Shown here piece after piece: positions 49,394-56,611 of a stretch of DNA of 64,000 nucleotides. This DNA is from Candidatus Zambryskiibacteriota bacterium (GTDB lineage Bacteria > Patescibacteriota > Minisyncoccia > Phycocordibacterales > DATDWN01): contig JAHFOB010000001.1 in NCBI GenBank assembly GCA_023267045.1, forward strand, positions 9,593-73,592, read 5' to 3'. How positions within the stretch are numbered: position 1 is the first letter of the stretch; the number at the start of each line of letters is the position of its first letter. The notes beneath the pieces were generated by a model that was given only the letters and a program-made list of their open reading frames with translations, was not told the DNA's origin and searched no databases. Both the position numbers and the translations under genes were made by a program.

Positions 49394-49933
49394 ATGAAAG
49401 TCAAAAACGAACAAGCCCTGCGTTCTGGCAGGGAGTTTGAGGAATTGGTATTTGGTCACGTGGCAAAACAGGACCAAATAAGCATTTCGGAGTTGGGGGC
49501 TCCTACGTACCTCCACTTTAAGAACAGTCTTCAACAGCAGATCTACCATAACTGGAGTATTGCTGAGGCTGCCGTAGAACAAGGAAGAAGTGATTACTAT
49601 AATCCATCAAATCCTCGTACCGGACAATCTCACAAAGTTTGGGAATCGGTAAAAAACTTCTTACCAACTGAAGAATCTGGCAAGAAGGAACCTCTCCATT
49701 TCTACATGTCAATCGGAAGGAATTCTCTTGACTATTGGCATGGGGTTGACGCTTTCTTTGTTTGGAGAGGTACTTTTGTAACAATAGACCTCTCTTTGGG
49801 GCGTAAGAAGTATCCAAGCGCCGATTTCATCTTAACTCCTGCTGATATGAATGACCACAAAAGACTTTTGGTTTTTGGCAGAAAGGCTGCTGATCTTTTA
49901 ATAAAGCGCCATGAGAATAATGAAACACTATAA
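49394..49933 (+). CDS. Hypothetical protein; GC-rich single-gene insert with a canonical Shine-Dalgarno
   Basis: AAGGAGGTGGGGC-ATG start context, about 43% GC, followed by a long 14-bp-stem hairpin at 49932-49967. No family recognised. Confidence 0.4.
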   Translation: MKVKNEQALRSGREFEELVFGHVAKQDQISISELGAPTYLHFKNSLQQQIYHNWSIAEAAVEQGRSDYYNPSNPRTGQSHKVWESVKNFLPTEESGKKEPLHFYMSIGRNSLDYWHGVDAFFVWRGTFVTIDLSLGRKKYPSADFILTPADMNDHKRLLVFGRKAADLLIKRHENNETL

Positions 49934-50008
49934 ATCCGGGTCGGGACGCATGTTCCCACCCGGATTTCTTAATGGAAATTTTTTGTTCAATATGTTAATC
50001 TGATCAGT

Positions 50009-50395
50009 ATGAAAAAAATAAGCTATATTGTATTAGTTTTGGCTTTAATAGGGGGGGTCGCTTGGCTTGTTATAACACCAGGCAAGGACGGTAAATACGA
50101 CGTTTTTGCCAAGTGTATAAAAGATTCAGGCACTATATTTTACGGTGCTTTCTGGTGTCCTCACTGTCAGGCCCAAAAAGCTCGGTTTGGTAAATCCGCA
50201 GACCTTCTTCCATATGTAGAGTGTTCAACTGCCGATAGTCAGAGCCAGACGCAAATTTGTAAAGATAAAAATATACAGACATATCCGACGTGGTACTTTG
50301 CAAGCAGTACTGCTGTTGGTGGTTATGAGATCGTGGTGGGGGAGTTGGAACTAGCCCAATTATCTGAAAGAACAAGCTGTCCTTTAGCTCAATAA
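50009..50395 (+). CDS. Thioredoxin-fold thiol:disulfide oxidoreductase (DsbA/BdbD-like), membrane-anchored
   Basis: N-terminal TM anchor and a CPHC active site (FWCPHCQAQK). Confidence 0.55.
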   Translation: MKKISYIVLVLALIGGVAWLVITPGKDGKYDVFAKCIKDSGTIFYGAFWCPHCQAQKARFGKSADLLPYVECSTADSQSQTQICKDKNIQTYPTWYFASSTAVGGYEIVVGELELAQLSERTSCPLAQ

Positions 50396-50398
50396 AAC

Positions 50399-50962
50399 AT
50401 GACATCTTTAATTCAAGCAAGTGCCACTCCAGTAATAGGATTTCTGACTTTATTATCGAACATTATATTTGTTGTTGTTTTAATTGTTGTTTTGGCCCAC
50501 TCTGATTCTCGTAAGCATTTGTATAATTTTGTACATAAATATGTTTTAGAGTTATTGTTTTTTGCCATTCTTTCTGCAGTTGTAGGAAGTCTGATATATT
50601 CTGACGTTGTCGGGTTTCCTCCTTGCGATTTGTGTTGGTGGCAGAGGATTTTCATGTATCCTCAGTTGATTATCGTTGCTTTGGCTATGTATAGAAAAGA
50701 CAAGACGGTTATTGATTATCTTGTTCCACTATCCGTTTTAGGTGCTTTGGTTTCATTATTTCAATCCTTCGTTCAATGGGGTTTTTCTTTCGGTGTCAGT
50801 GGCGGTTGTACTGTTCTCGGCGGCGAGTGTGCGAAAGTTTATTTCACTCAATATTCATACATTACCATTCCTTTCATGTCTTTCACCGTTTTCATTTATA
50901 TTATCGCTATAAAATTTATTTATTATCATAAGAGTTGGAAAACAAAAAATGGTTGGGAATAA
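50399..50962 (+). CDS. Disulfide bond formation protein B (DsbB/BdbC family)
   Basis: Four TM helices, the CDLCWWQRIFMYP motif of BdbC-type DsbB, and a second Cys pair in loop 2 (GGCTVLGGEC). Confidence 0.6.
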   Translation: MTSLIQASATPVIGFLTLLSNIIFVVVLIVVLAHSDSRKHLYNFVHKYVLELLFFAILSAVVGSLIYSDVVGFPPCDLCWWQRIFMYPQLIIVALAMYRKDKTVIDYLVPLSVLGALVSLFQSFVQWGFSFGVSGGCTVLGGECAKVYFTQYSYITIPFMSFTVFIYIIAIKFIYYHKSWKTKNGWE

Positions 50963-51848
50963 AAAGATAACGATAGTTACACATAGTTCTGGTTTTCATA
51001 CTGATGATATTTTTGCTGTAGCGACACTACTTTTGACTTTAGGGGGGGGCGATAATATTTCCGTTGTTCGCTCTCGAGATAAAAGCATTATTGAAAGCGC
51101 TGATTATGTTACAGATGTTGGAGACCTCTACGATCCATCTAGAAATAGATTTGACCATCACCAAAAAGGTGGAGCTGGAAAACGAGAAAATGGAGTTCCG
51201 TATGCGTCTTTCGGTCTGGTTTGGAAAGAATTTGGTCAAAAATTATCTGGGGATAAAGCTGTAGCAGATAAAATTGATCAGATGATTGTCCAACCTATTG
51301 ATGCTGGTGATAATGGAATGAAGTTTTTAGACGCAAGAATTCCAGGATTGTATCCTTTTGATATAGAACTCTTAACTTCAATATTTTATCCAACATGGAA
51401 AGAGGATCCAGACAATTTTGACGATATCTTTAATACTTTGGTTTCTTATGCGAAAACTATCATCAGTCGTTTAATAATTTCTGTTAGAGACGATACTGAA
51501 GCAGAAAGTTTGGTGGTGGAGGCATATAAAAATTCTCCAGATAAAAGATTAATTGAAGTAGGTGATAGGTATCCTTGGGAAGAAGTACTTTCAAAATTTC
51601 CAGAACCTATTTTTGTTATTTACAAAAATAAAGACAATAACTGGACTATAGAAGGTGTTCGTAGTGATCAATTTTCCTATAAATCAAGAAAAGATCTTCC
51701 AGAATCATGGGCCGGTAGAAGAGATGAAGAATTAGAAAAAATAACTACTGTAGCAGGAGCAGTTTTCTGTCACAACGCTAGATTTATGGCAGTTAACAAA
51801 ACAAAAGAGGGAATTCTGAAAATGGCTGAAATAGCATTAAATTCTTAA
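50949..51848 (+). CDS. MYG1/UPF0160-family metal-dependent hydrolase
   Basis: ITIVTHSSGFHTDDIFAVATLL and DHHQKGG motifs characteristic of MYG1 (GAMM1) proteins. Confidence 0.6.
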   Translation: MVGNKKITIVTHSSGFHTDDIFAVATLLLTLGGGDNISVVRSRDKSIIESADYVTDVGDLYDPSRNRFDHHQKGGAGKRENGVPYASFGLVWKEFGQKLSGDKAVADKIDQMIVQPIDAGDNGMKFLDARIPGLYPFDIELLTSIFYPTWKEDPDNFDDIFNTLVSYAKTIISRLIISVRDDTEAESLVVEAYKNSPDKRLIEVGDRYPWEEVLSKFPEPIFVIYKNKDNNWTIEGVRSDQFSYKSRKDLPESWAGRRDEELEKITTVAGAVFCHNARFMAVNKTKEGILKMAEIALNS

Positions 51849-51850
51849 CC

Positions 51851-51961
51851 CTAGCTAAATAAACCCGGTAGATAGAGTGCTATCATACCAACGATAACTA
51901 GGACGCAGATGACTGTCCAGATTATTTGAAATGTTTTTTTGTTCTTTTTTTGAAAAAGCAT
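51851..51961 (-). CDS. Possible 36-aa single-TM micro-protein (MLFQKKNKKTFQIIWTVICVLVIVGMIALYLPGLFS)
   Basis: ATG..TAG on the minus strand with a hydrophobic core. Not in the track because it is under 60 aa. Confidence 0.15.
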   Translation of the reverse strand: MLFQKKNKKTFQIIWTVICVLVIVGMIALYLPGLFS

Positions 51962-51963
51962 AG

Positions 51964-52009
<46 letters not shown>

Positions 52010-52013
52010 ACTC

Positions 52014-52397
52014 ATGATGCTTGATTTCTCACAAAAACGCAAGTTTAGAAGTCTACTATATAACTGGATAACTATAGGTATTTTGGCTATTATTGTTTTG
52101 TTTTTTTTACATTCTACCTGGTCTGTTTATAAAAAAGATAAAGAAAGTGAACAAATGAAACAGGTCTCACTCCAGAACGTAGAGGAGTTGAGGGCCAGAA
52201 ACGAGAATTTGCAGACTAAAATAGATAGACTGGCAACTCCGGAGGGTGTCGAAGAGGAGATTCGTTCAAAGTTTAGTGTGGCAAAGGAGAATGAGAATAT
52301 GGTTTTGGTTGTAGAGAGTGAGCAGAACTTAGAGCAACCAACAACAACGGAACAAGTTACATTTTGGCAAAGGATACGAAGTTTCTTTGGAAATTAA
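52014..52397 (+). CDS. FtsB/DivIC-like septum formation initiator
   Basis: N-terminal TM helix, a coiled-coil with leucine heptads (NVEELRARNENLQTKIDRLA), then a PEGVEEEIR motif typical of the FtsB/DivIC family. Confidence 0.45.
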   Translation: MMLDFSQKRKFRSLLYNWITIGILAIIVLFFLHSTWSVYKKDKESEQMKQVSLQNVEELRARNENLQTKIDRLATPEGVEEEIRSKFSVAKENENMVLVVESEQNLEQPTTTEQVTFWQRIRSFFGN

Positions 52398-52474
52398 AAA
52401 TTAAAAATTGAAAAATTCTAGTTGATATATATTATGTAGTAGTATATACTTCCAGAAATAACCATAATAAAAAG

Positions 52475-52732
52475 ATGAAGAAAGTCACGATATACTCAAC
52501 ACCTGTTTGCCACTACTGTGCAATGGCGAAAGAATACTTCAAAGCAAACGGAGTCGCATATGAAGAGTTTGACGTTGCAAGTAATGCCGACAAAAGAAAA
52601 GAAATGATGGAAAAGTCAGGTCAGCTTGGCGTACCTGTAATACTAATTGACGATAGTGTTGTGGTCGGTTTCAATAGGCCTAAACTAGCTCAACTTCTAA
52701 ATATTGGCCAACCCGCTCCACAGACAGCGTAA
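52475..52732 (+). CDS. Glutaredoxin-family protein
   Basis: KVTIYSTPVCHYCAMAKEYF with CxxC, and GVPVI toward the C-terminus. 85 aa. Confidence 0.6.
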   Translation: MKKVTIYSTPVCHYCAMAKEYFKANGVAYEEFDVASNADKRKEMMEKSGQLGVPVILIDDSVVVGFNRPKLAQLLNIGQPAPQTA

Positions 52733-52808
52733 ATCTCACGATACTAGTGGATAAAACGATACATAACTAGTATTGTTTTGGTTTATCCAAATAGTGTATA
52801 ATTGATTA

Positions 52809-53432
52809 ATGGGTAAAGCATTATTATTAAAATCAGAGATTGATAAAATAAAAAAGCTAAGAGAAACAGGGCATTCTCTGAATGAGATAAAAAGCGTTGT
52901 TAATCGAGGATATGGAACAGTGTATCGTTATATGAAAAATGTTCCTGTCATCTCAAAGTACCAAGATATTTTAAAATCTAAACAAGGTGGTAGTAGTGCG
53001 AGATCTCAAAAAAATTGGAACAATGCTAGAAAAAATGCCAGTAAAATTATAAATGATCTTAATTTCAAAGAAAAGATGGTAGCACTTTCTTGTCTTTATT
53101 GGGGTGAGGGTAATAAGACAGAATTAAGTTTAATTAATAGTGATCCTAGTTTGCTTAAAGTTTTTCTGTCATGTTTAAGAGAGTTGGGTATTAAAGAAAG
53201 TGATTTGAAAATAAGTTTGAGATTATTTGAAGATATAGATAGAAATAAAGCAACAGATTTTTGGTTGAAAATTCTACATCTACCAAACGGGAGTATTACA
53301 AAATATGACATAAAAAAAGGAAGTAAATCGGGAAAACTTAAATACGGTATGTGTAGAATAAGAGTGAAAAAATCTGACAAATATTTCAAATTGATTATGA
53401 GTATGATAGATTTAATTAAATTAAAGGTTTAA
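52809..53432 (+). CDS. HTH-containing DNA-binding protein with a single LAGLIDADG-like motif (putative free-standing homing-endonuclease-like)
   Basis: N-terminal HTH-like IKKLRETGHSLNEIKSVV. ALSCLYWGEGNKT resembles a degenerate LAGLIDADG helix, followed by a basic beta-rich region. Confidence 0.3.
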   Translation: MGKALLLKSEIDKIKKLRETGHSLNEIKSVVNRGYGTVYRYMKNVPVISKYQDILKSKQGGSSARSQKNWNNARKNASKIINDLNFKEKMVALSCLYWGEGNKTELSLINSDPSLLKVFLSCLRELGIKESDLKISLRLFEDIDRNKATDFWLKILHLPNGSITKYDIKKGSKSGKLKYGMCRIRVKKSDKYFKLIMSMIDLIKLKV

Positions 53433-53435
53433 AAT

Positions 53436-53507
53436 GCCGTCGTAGTTAAATGGATATAACTCCTTCGTCCTAAGAAGGAATTGACCGTTCGATTCGGTCC
53501 GATGGCA
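53436..53507 (+). tRNA. tRNA-Arg (anticodon CCT)
   Basis: Manual fold: acceptor GCCGTCG/CGATGGC, D-stem GTTA/TAAC, anticodon stem CCTTC/GAAGG with loop GTCCTAA, T-stem GACCG/CGGTC with loop TTCGATT, discriminator A. CCA is not encoded. Confidence 0.75.
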
Positions 53508-53537
53508 CAAAAAAAAGAGAGCTCCACTCTCTTTTAA

Positions 53538-53752
53538 AGGGGTGCTCCCTGTCTGGTCCCTACAAGTTCTCTGTTTTGAGATACTTTGTCCTCACCACGC
53601 TCTGGATGATAACCTAGGATTAACTCATCACCCAAGGTGGAAGCCTTTGCGAGTTACGCGCCTCGTTGGCGGTCTTGGATTTTCTCTCGTCAAGAGACTT
53701 ATGAGGGATCTGATCGCGCGATCAAGATTAACCTTAAAGGAGCACCCCGTTT
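53538..53752 (+). ncRNA. Candidate ~215-nt structured RNA closed by a terminal helix GGGGUGCUCC / GGAGCACCCC. Identity unknown; it could be a 6S-like or other regulatory RNA.
   Basis: GC about 48% against a ~33% background. The 10-bp terminal helix and internal imperfect complementary strands were read directly (UCCCUACAAGUUCUCU vs AGAGACUUAUGAGGGA). The track ORFs across it are low-complexity and lack start context. Confidence 0.3.
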
Positions 53753-53819
53753 CATTCTAAGGGTCTCTAATTTTTTGTCAACTTATTTACTTTTCTTCAT
53801 ATTTTGCTACTATAATCTC

Positions 53820-54056
53820 ATGTCACCAGAGGAAAGAGAGCTCCTTAAAAGAACAGCTGATCTTGCAGAAGATAACAATAAAATGTTGCGCTCGATGCAA
53901 CGTTCTATGCGTTTACAAAGGATAATGACTCTATTTTATTGGGTTTTTATAATAGGCTCGGCCATAGGAGCGTATTATCTTATTCAGCCATATATAGATA
54001 GTATTAAAGGGGCATATGGAGGTGCTAGTAGCGGTTTCAAGGATCTTTTTAACTAA
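53820..54056 (+). CDS. Small membrane protein (78 aa) with an N-terminal coiled/charged segment and one TM helix
   Basis: MSPEERELLKRTADLAEDNNKMLRSMQRSMRLQRIMTLFYWVFIIGSAIGAYYLI. The ATG is preceded by TATAAT. The upstream part of track ORF 53637 overlaps the GC-rich structured region and is probably not translated. Confidence 0.35.
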   Translation: MSPEERELLKRTADLAEDNNKMLRSMQRSMRLQRIMTLFYWVFIIGSAIGAYYLIQPYIDSIKGAYGGASSGFKDLFN

Positions 54057-54478
54057 AATTTAAGAGTTCGCCCTTTATAATTCAAAGCTTCTTTAACAAA
54101 TTTTTCCCCAAGTTTTGTGCTATGTTCTATCATGTGACAGTTTGCACAAAGTAAAAGACATTTTTGCATCTCGGCTTTAATTGAATCCCAACTTTTATTT
54201 GCAACACCCCCGATAATGAATTCTTTCTTTGAAGAGTCTTTGTGGTGAAATTGCATTGCTGCTTGATTCCCATGCCATCCACATTTCTCACACTTTCCTC
54301 CCAATAATTTAATAGCTGCGGCTTTAGACCGAAATCTTCGAATTTTTGTATTACATGAACCACAACGATTTCTTTGTCTATTTTGGTAATCTTTAAATGG
54401 TTTATTACACAATTTGCATATTGTCATATTGGTCAGTATAACATATATGGCTCTACCAAAATCAAGAATGGGTTGCAA
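54053..54478 (-). CDS. HNH endonuclease
   Basis: Cys4 zinc site plus the HNH core: CEKCGWHGNQAAMQFHHKD...N...LLCANCHMIEH. Confidence 0.7.
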   Translation of the reverse strand: MQPILDFGRAIYVILTNMTICKLCNKPFKDYQNRQRNRCGSCNTKIRRFRSKAAAIKLLGGKCEKCGWHGNQAAMQFHHKDSSKKEFIIGGVANKSWDSIKAEMQKCLLLCANCHMIEHSTKLGEKFVKEALNYKGRTLKF

Positions 54479-54503
54479 AATAGGTATTTTTTAGTAATAT
54501 ATC

Positions 54504-54579
54504 CATACCACATGCCGAGGTAACTCAGTTAGCAGAGTGCTTCCCTGAAGAGGAAGAAGTCGCCAGTGCAACTCTGGCC
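54504..54579 (+). tRNA. tRNA-Phe (anticodon GAA)
   Basis: Manual fold: acceptor GCCGAGG/CCTCGGC, D-stem ACTC/GAGT, anticodon stem CTTCC/GGAAG with loop CTGAAGA, T-stem GCCAG/CTGGC, discriminator A, and an encoded CCA. Confidence 0.8.
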
Positions 54580-56132
54580 CTCGGCACCATAATCCGACTT
54601 TCGTCGGAAGAACCAACGGATGCGTGGGACGCGCGAAGTGCGTCCCACGGAGTTCCGCCTGAATCTGCGAGGGAATCTGTCAAAAATGAATCTGAATTTG
54701 GAGTGCAAGCACTCACGGTTTTTTCGCGGAGGAGGAGGTTCGAGCCAAAGACTTTTTTGGCAGCAACCTTTTTATTCAAAAGGTTGCTATCCAATGCAAT
54801 TTTTTCCATATTCTGGGCTTCTTTTATCCATTCTGACATCGGTTCGAGCCAATGTTTTTGCTTTTGTTCATTCCGAGATATTTCTTCTTCCAGCGACTTT
54901 TTCTCGGATAACAATTTTGCTTTTTGTTCACGATATACTTCTTTTTCTACATCTTGGTCTAAATATCCATCTAAAAGTCGCTGGAGCTTCACAGTAATAT
55001 CTTTTATACGATTTTGATTTTTTAGAACAAAAGCAGAAACAGATTGGGCGGATTCCGTTTTGTCGTTTTCTAAACGACCGAACATATATTCCGCCCAATC
55101 TTGTGGCAAAGAAACTTTTTGAAGAAGTGATGAAATTTGTTCGTCCAAGACTTCCTGGCGAATACAGGGTTCAGGACACTTAATATCTCGTCGCTTTTTG
55201 GAACAGTGATAGTAAGTGTAATAATGTTCTTTACCACTGACTTGTTTCTTCACCCTGTATTCGCCAGTGATCATCATTCCGCAAGTTCCACAGGATAACA
55301 AACCACAATATGCTTGGGGTTCATTTTTCTGTTTGTGTCTTGGACGACCTCTTTGCTTCATCACTTCTTGGACTCTATCAAAAAGTTTCTTGTCCACGAT
55401 TGGCTCAAACTTTCCTTCATAGACTTCACCAGAATATCTAAAGTGTCCATAGTAAAAAGGATTAGACAGAATAAAAGTAGCTCTGGTTCTATGGATTCTC
55501 TTTCCGTGTTTTGTTAAAAGATTGTGCTTCGCCAAAAACATACCGATAGTATTAAGAGTTTGATTACCTTGTGAATACAGTTCGAACGCTTGTCTTATAA
55601 CAGGCGCGGATTTTTTGTCCACCACGATTGTCTTTGTTCTACTATCGTTTATATATCCCACTGGTGAAAGTCCTGGATATTCTCCGCGCCTAACTTTTTG
55701 GCGAAGTCCTCTTTTGGTATTTTCGGAAAGAGAATCCACATAGTATTTACTTTGTCCGAAAGCCATGTTGAGCATGAATTTACCTTGACTCGTAGAATCA
55801 CACCAAAAAGTAGGAAACTTCAAGCTCGCAAGTTTCCCTGTGTCGAGGAGGTATATTATTTTTCCACCATCAATACTATTTCTTGCGAGACGATCCGGAT
55901 GCCAAGAGAGGATAGAATCTGCATCGCCATTTTCGATACATCTCATCATTTCGTTGAAAATAGGACGACCTGGAATCTTGGCAGATTGTTTTTCTATAAA
56001 CTCAAGGGCGATGTTCAGATTTTCTCGCTTGGCATAGTCTCGCAATTCGTTGAGCTGTGCCTCAATCGAAAGAACTTGTTTGTCCTCGACATCTGTTGAC
56101 TTGCGAGCGTATAAAAAGAATTTTTGTTCCAT
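54525..56132 (-). CDS. Large serine recombinase (resolvase/integrase family)
   Basis: N-terminal catalytic domain FFLYARKSTDVEDKQVLSIEAQ (Ser nucleophile context) ... WHPDRLARN, a recombinase domain, and Cys-rich zinc-ribbon CGTCGMMITGEYRVKK...CSKKRRDIKC. M at 56132 is the likely start. The 3' end of the ORF runs through IR-A and antisense through tRNA-Phe with no stop until 54525, so the true C-terminus is uncertain. Confidence 0.75.
   Translation of the reverse strand: MEQKFFLYARKSTDVEDKQVLSIEAQLNELRDYAKRENLNIALEFIEKQSAKIPGRPIFNEMMRCIENGDADSILSWHPDRLARNSIDGGKIIYLLDTGKLASLKFPTFWCDSTSQGKFMLNMAFGQSKYYVDSLSENTKRGLRQKVRRGEYPGLSPVGYINDSRTKTIVVDKKSAPVIRQAFELYSQGNQTLNTIGMFLAKHNLLTKHGKRIHRTRATFILSNPFYYGHFRYSGEVYEGKFEPIVDKKLFDRVQEVMKQRGRPRHKQKNEPQAYCGLLSCGTCGMMITGEYRVKKQVSGKEHYYTYYHCSKKRRDIKCPEPCIRQEVLDEQISSLLQKVSLPQDWAEYMFGRLENDKTESAQSVSAFVLKNQNRIKDITVKLQRLLDGYLDQDVEKEVYREQKAKLLSEKKSLEEEISRNEQKQKHWLEPMSEWIKEAQNMEKIALDSNLLNKKVAAKKVFGSNLLLREKTVSACTPNSDSFLTDSLADSGGTPWDALRASHASVGSSDESRIMVPRARVALATSSSSGKHSAN
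54622..54756. repeat. Inverted repeat IR-A (~135 bp, left copy) flanking the serine recombinase gene
   Basis: About 85% identical to the reverse complement of 56185-56317. It contains the hairpins CGTGGGACGC-gcgaagt-GCGTCCCACG and GAGTGC-aa-GCACTC, and ends in a T-arm-like GGAGGAGGTTCGAGCC. Confidence 0.7.
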
Positions 56133-56184
56133 ATGTTTGTAGTATAGCAAAAATTCTTTTTGTAAAGAAAAGTAAAAATTGTAT

Positions 56185-56317
56185 TGGATTCGAACCTCCT
56201 CCTCCAAAACAAATTAGTGCGCGCTTGCGCGCCAGATTCAGATTCATTTTTGGCGGATTCCATCGCAGATTCAGGCGGGAACCCTTGGGATGCACTTCGT
56301 GCGTCCCACATTATGGC
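56185..56317. repeat. Inverted repeat IR-A' (right copy, about 50 bp upstream of the recombinase start)
   Basis: Reverse complement of 54622-54756. The hairpins are conserved with compensatory changes (GCGCGC-aa-GCGCGC against GAGTGC-aa-GCACTC). Confidence 0.7.
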
Positions 56318-56334
56318 TTCTTCAAAACCGATTT

Positions 56335-56575
56335 GTTCTATTTTGGTGTGTCTTTACGACTTCGCTCGAACTTATTTCATTAAAACTGTTTAAGTGGTGA
56401 ATCTGACAATGAATTCCGTCACGGCTCGGCATCCGCTCCAGAACACGCTGGAAAGCGTGTTCTTCCGCTTCTGCCTTACCGTGTCCGCCCTCGCACCCAT
56501 CGCTTCCAATCCTAAATCTGTTTTGCGCGGGATTTCTTTTTTCGGAATGGGCGATTGGTTCTCGGGCTACTTGCC
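56335..56575. repeat. Inverted repeat IR-B (~240 bp, left copy), GC-rich, with internal hairpin GAACACGCT-ggaa-AGCGTGTTC and a terminal hairpin plus T-tract
   Basis: Near-identical to the reverse complement of 59355-59598. The identical 61-aa track ORFs (56394-56579 + and 59347-59547 -) are a consequence of this repeat. Confidence 0.75.
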
Positions 56576-56611
56576 GTGACAAAAAATTAACCAAAATGTT
56601 ATACTTAAAAC

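Noticed and set aside
53542-53760. ORF 53542-53760 and the N-terminal 61 codons of ORF 53637-54056
   Set aside because: They lie in the GC-rich structured segment after tRNA-Arg and give Arg/Trp/Ser-rich products. The downstream small membrane protein more plausibly starts at ATG 53820.
54620-55017. Plus-strand ORFs 54620-54997 and 54703-55017 across the recombinase region
   Set aside because: They are antisense to the serine recombinase CDS and partly within IR-A. No supporting signals.
56185-56317. IR-A T-arm-like GGAGGAGGTTCGAATCC as a tRNA or tmRNA gene
   Set aside because: Only a T-arm-like motif is present. No acceptor, D or anticodon arms can be folded, and no tmRNA resume codon or tag peptide is present.
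56394-56579. Identical 61-aa ORFs (MVNLTMNSVTARHPL...) at 56394-56579 (+) and 59347-59547 (-), read as a duplicated gene
   Set aside because: They are a by-product of the 240-bp inverted repeat IR-B. They have no SD or promoter context and a low-complexity product, so I treat them as non-coding repeat sequence.
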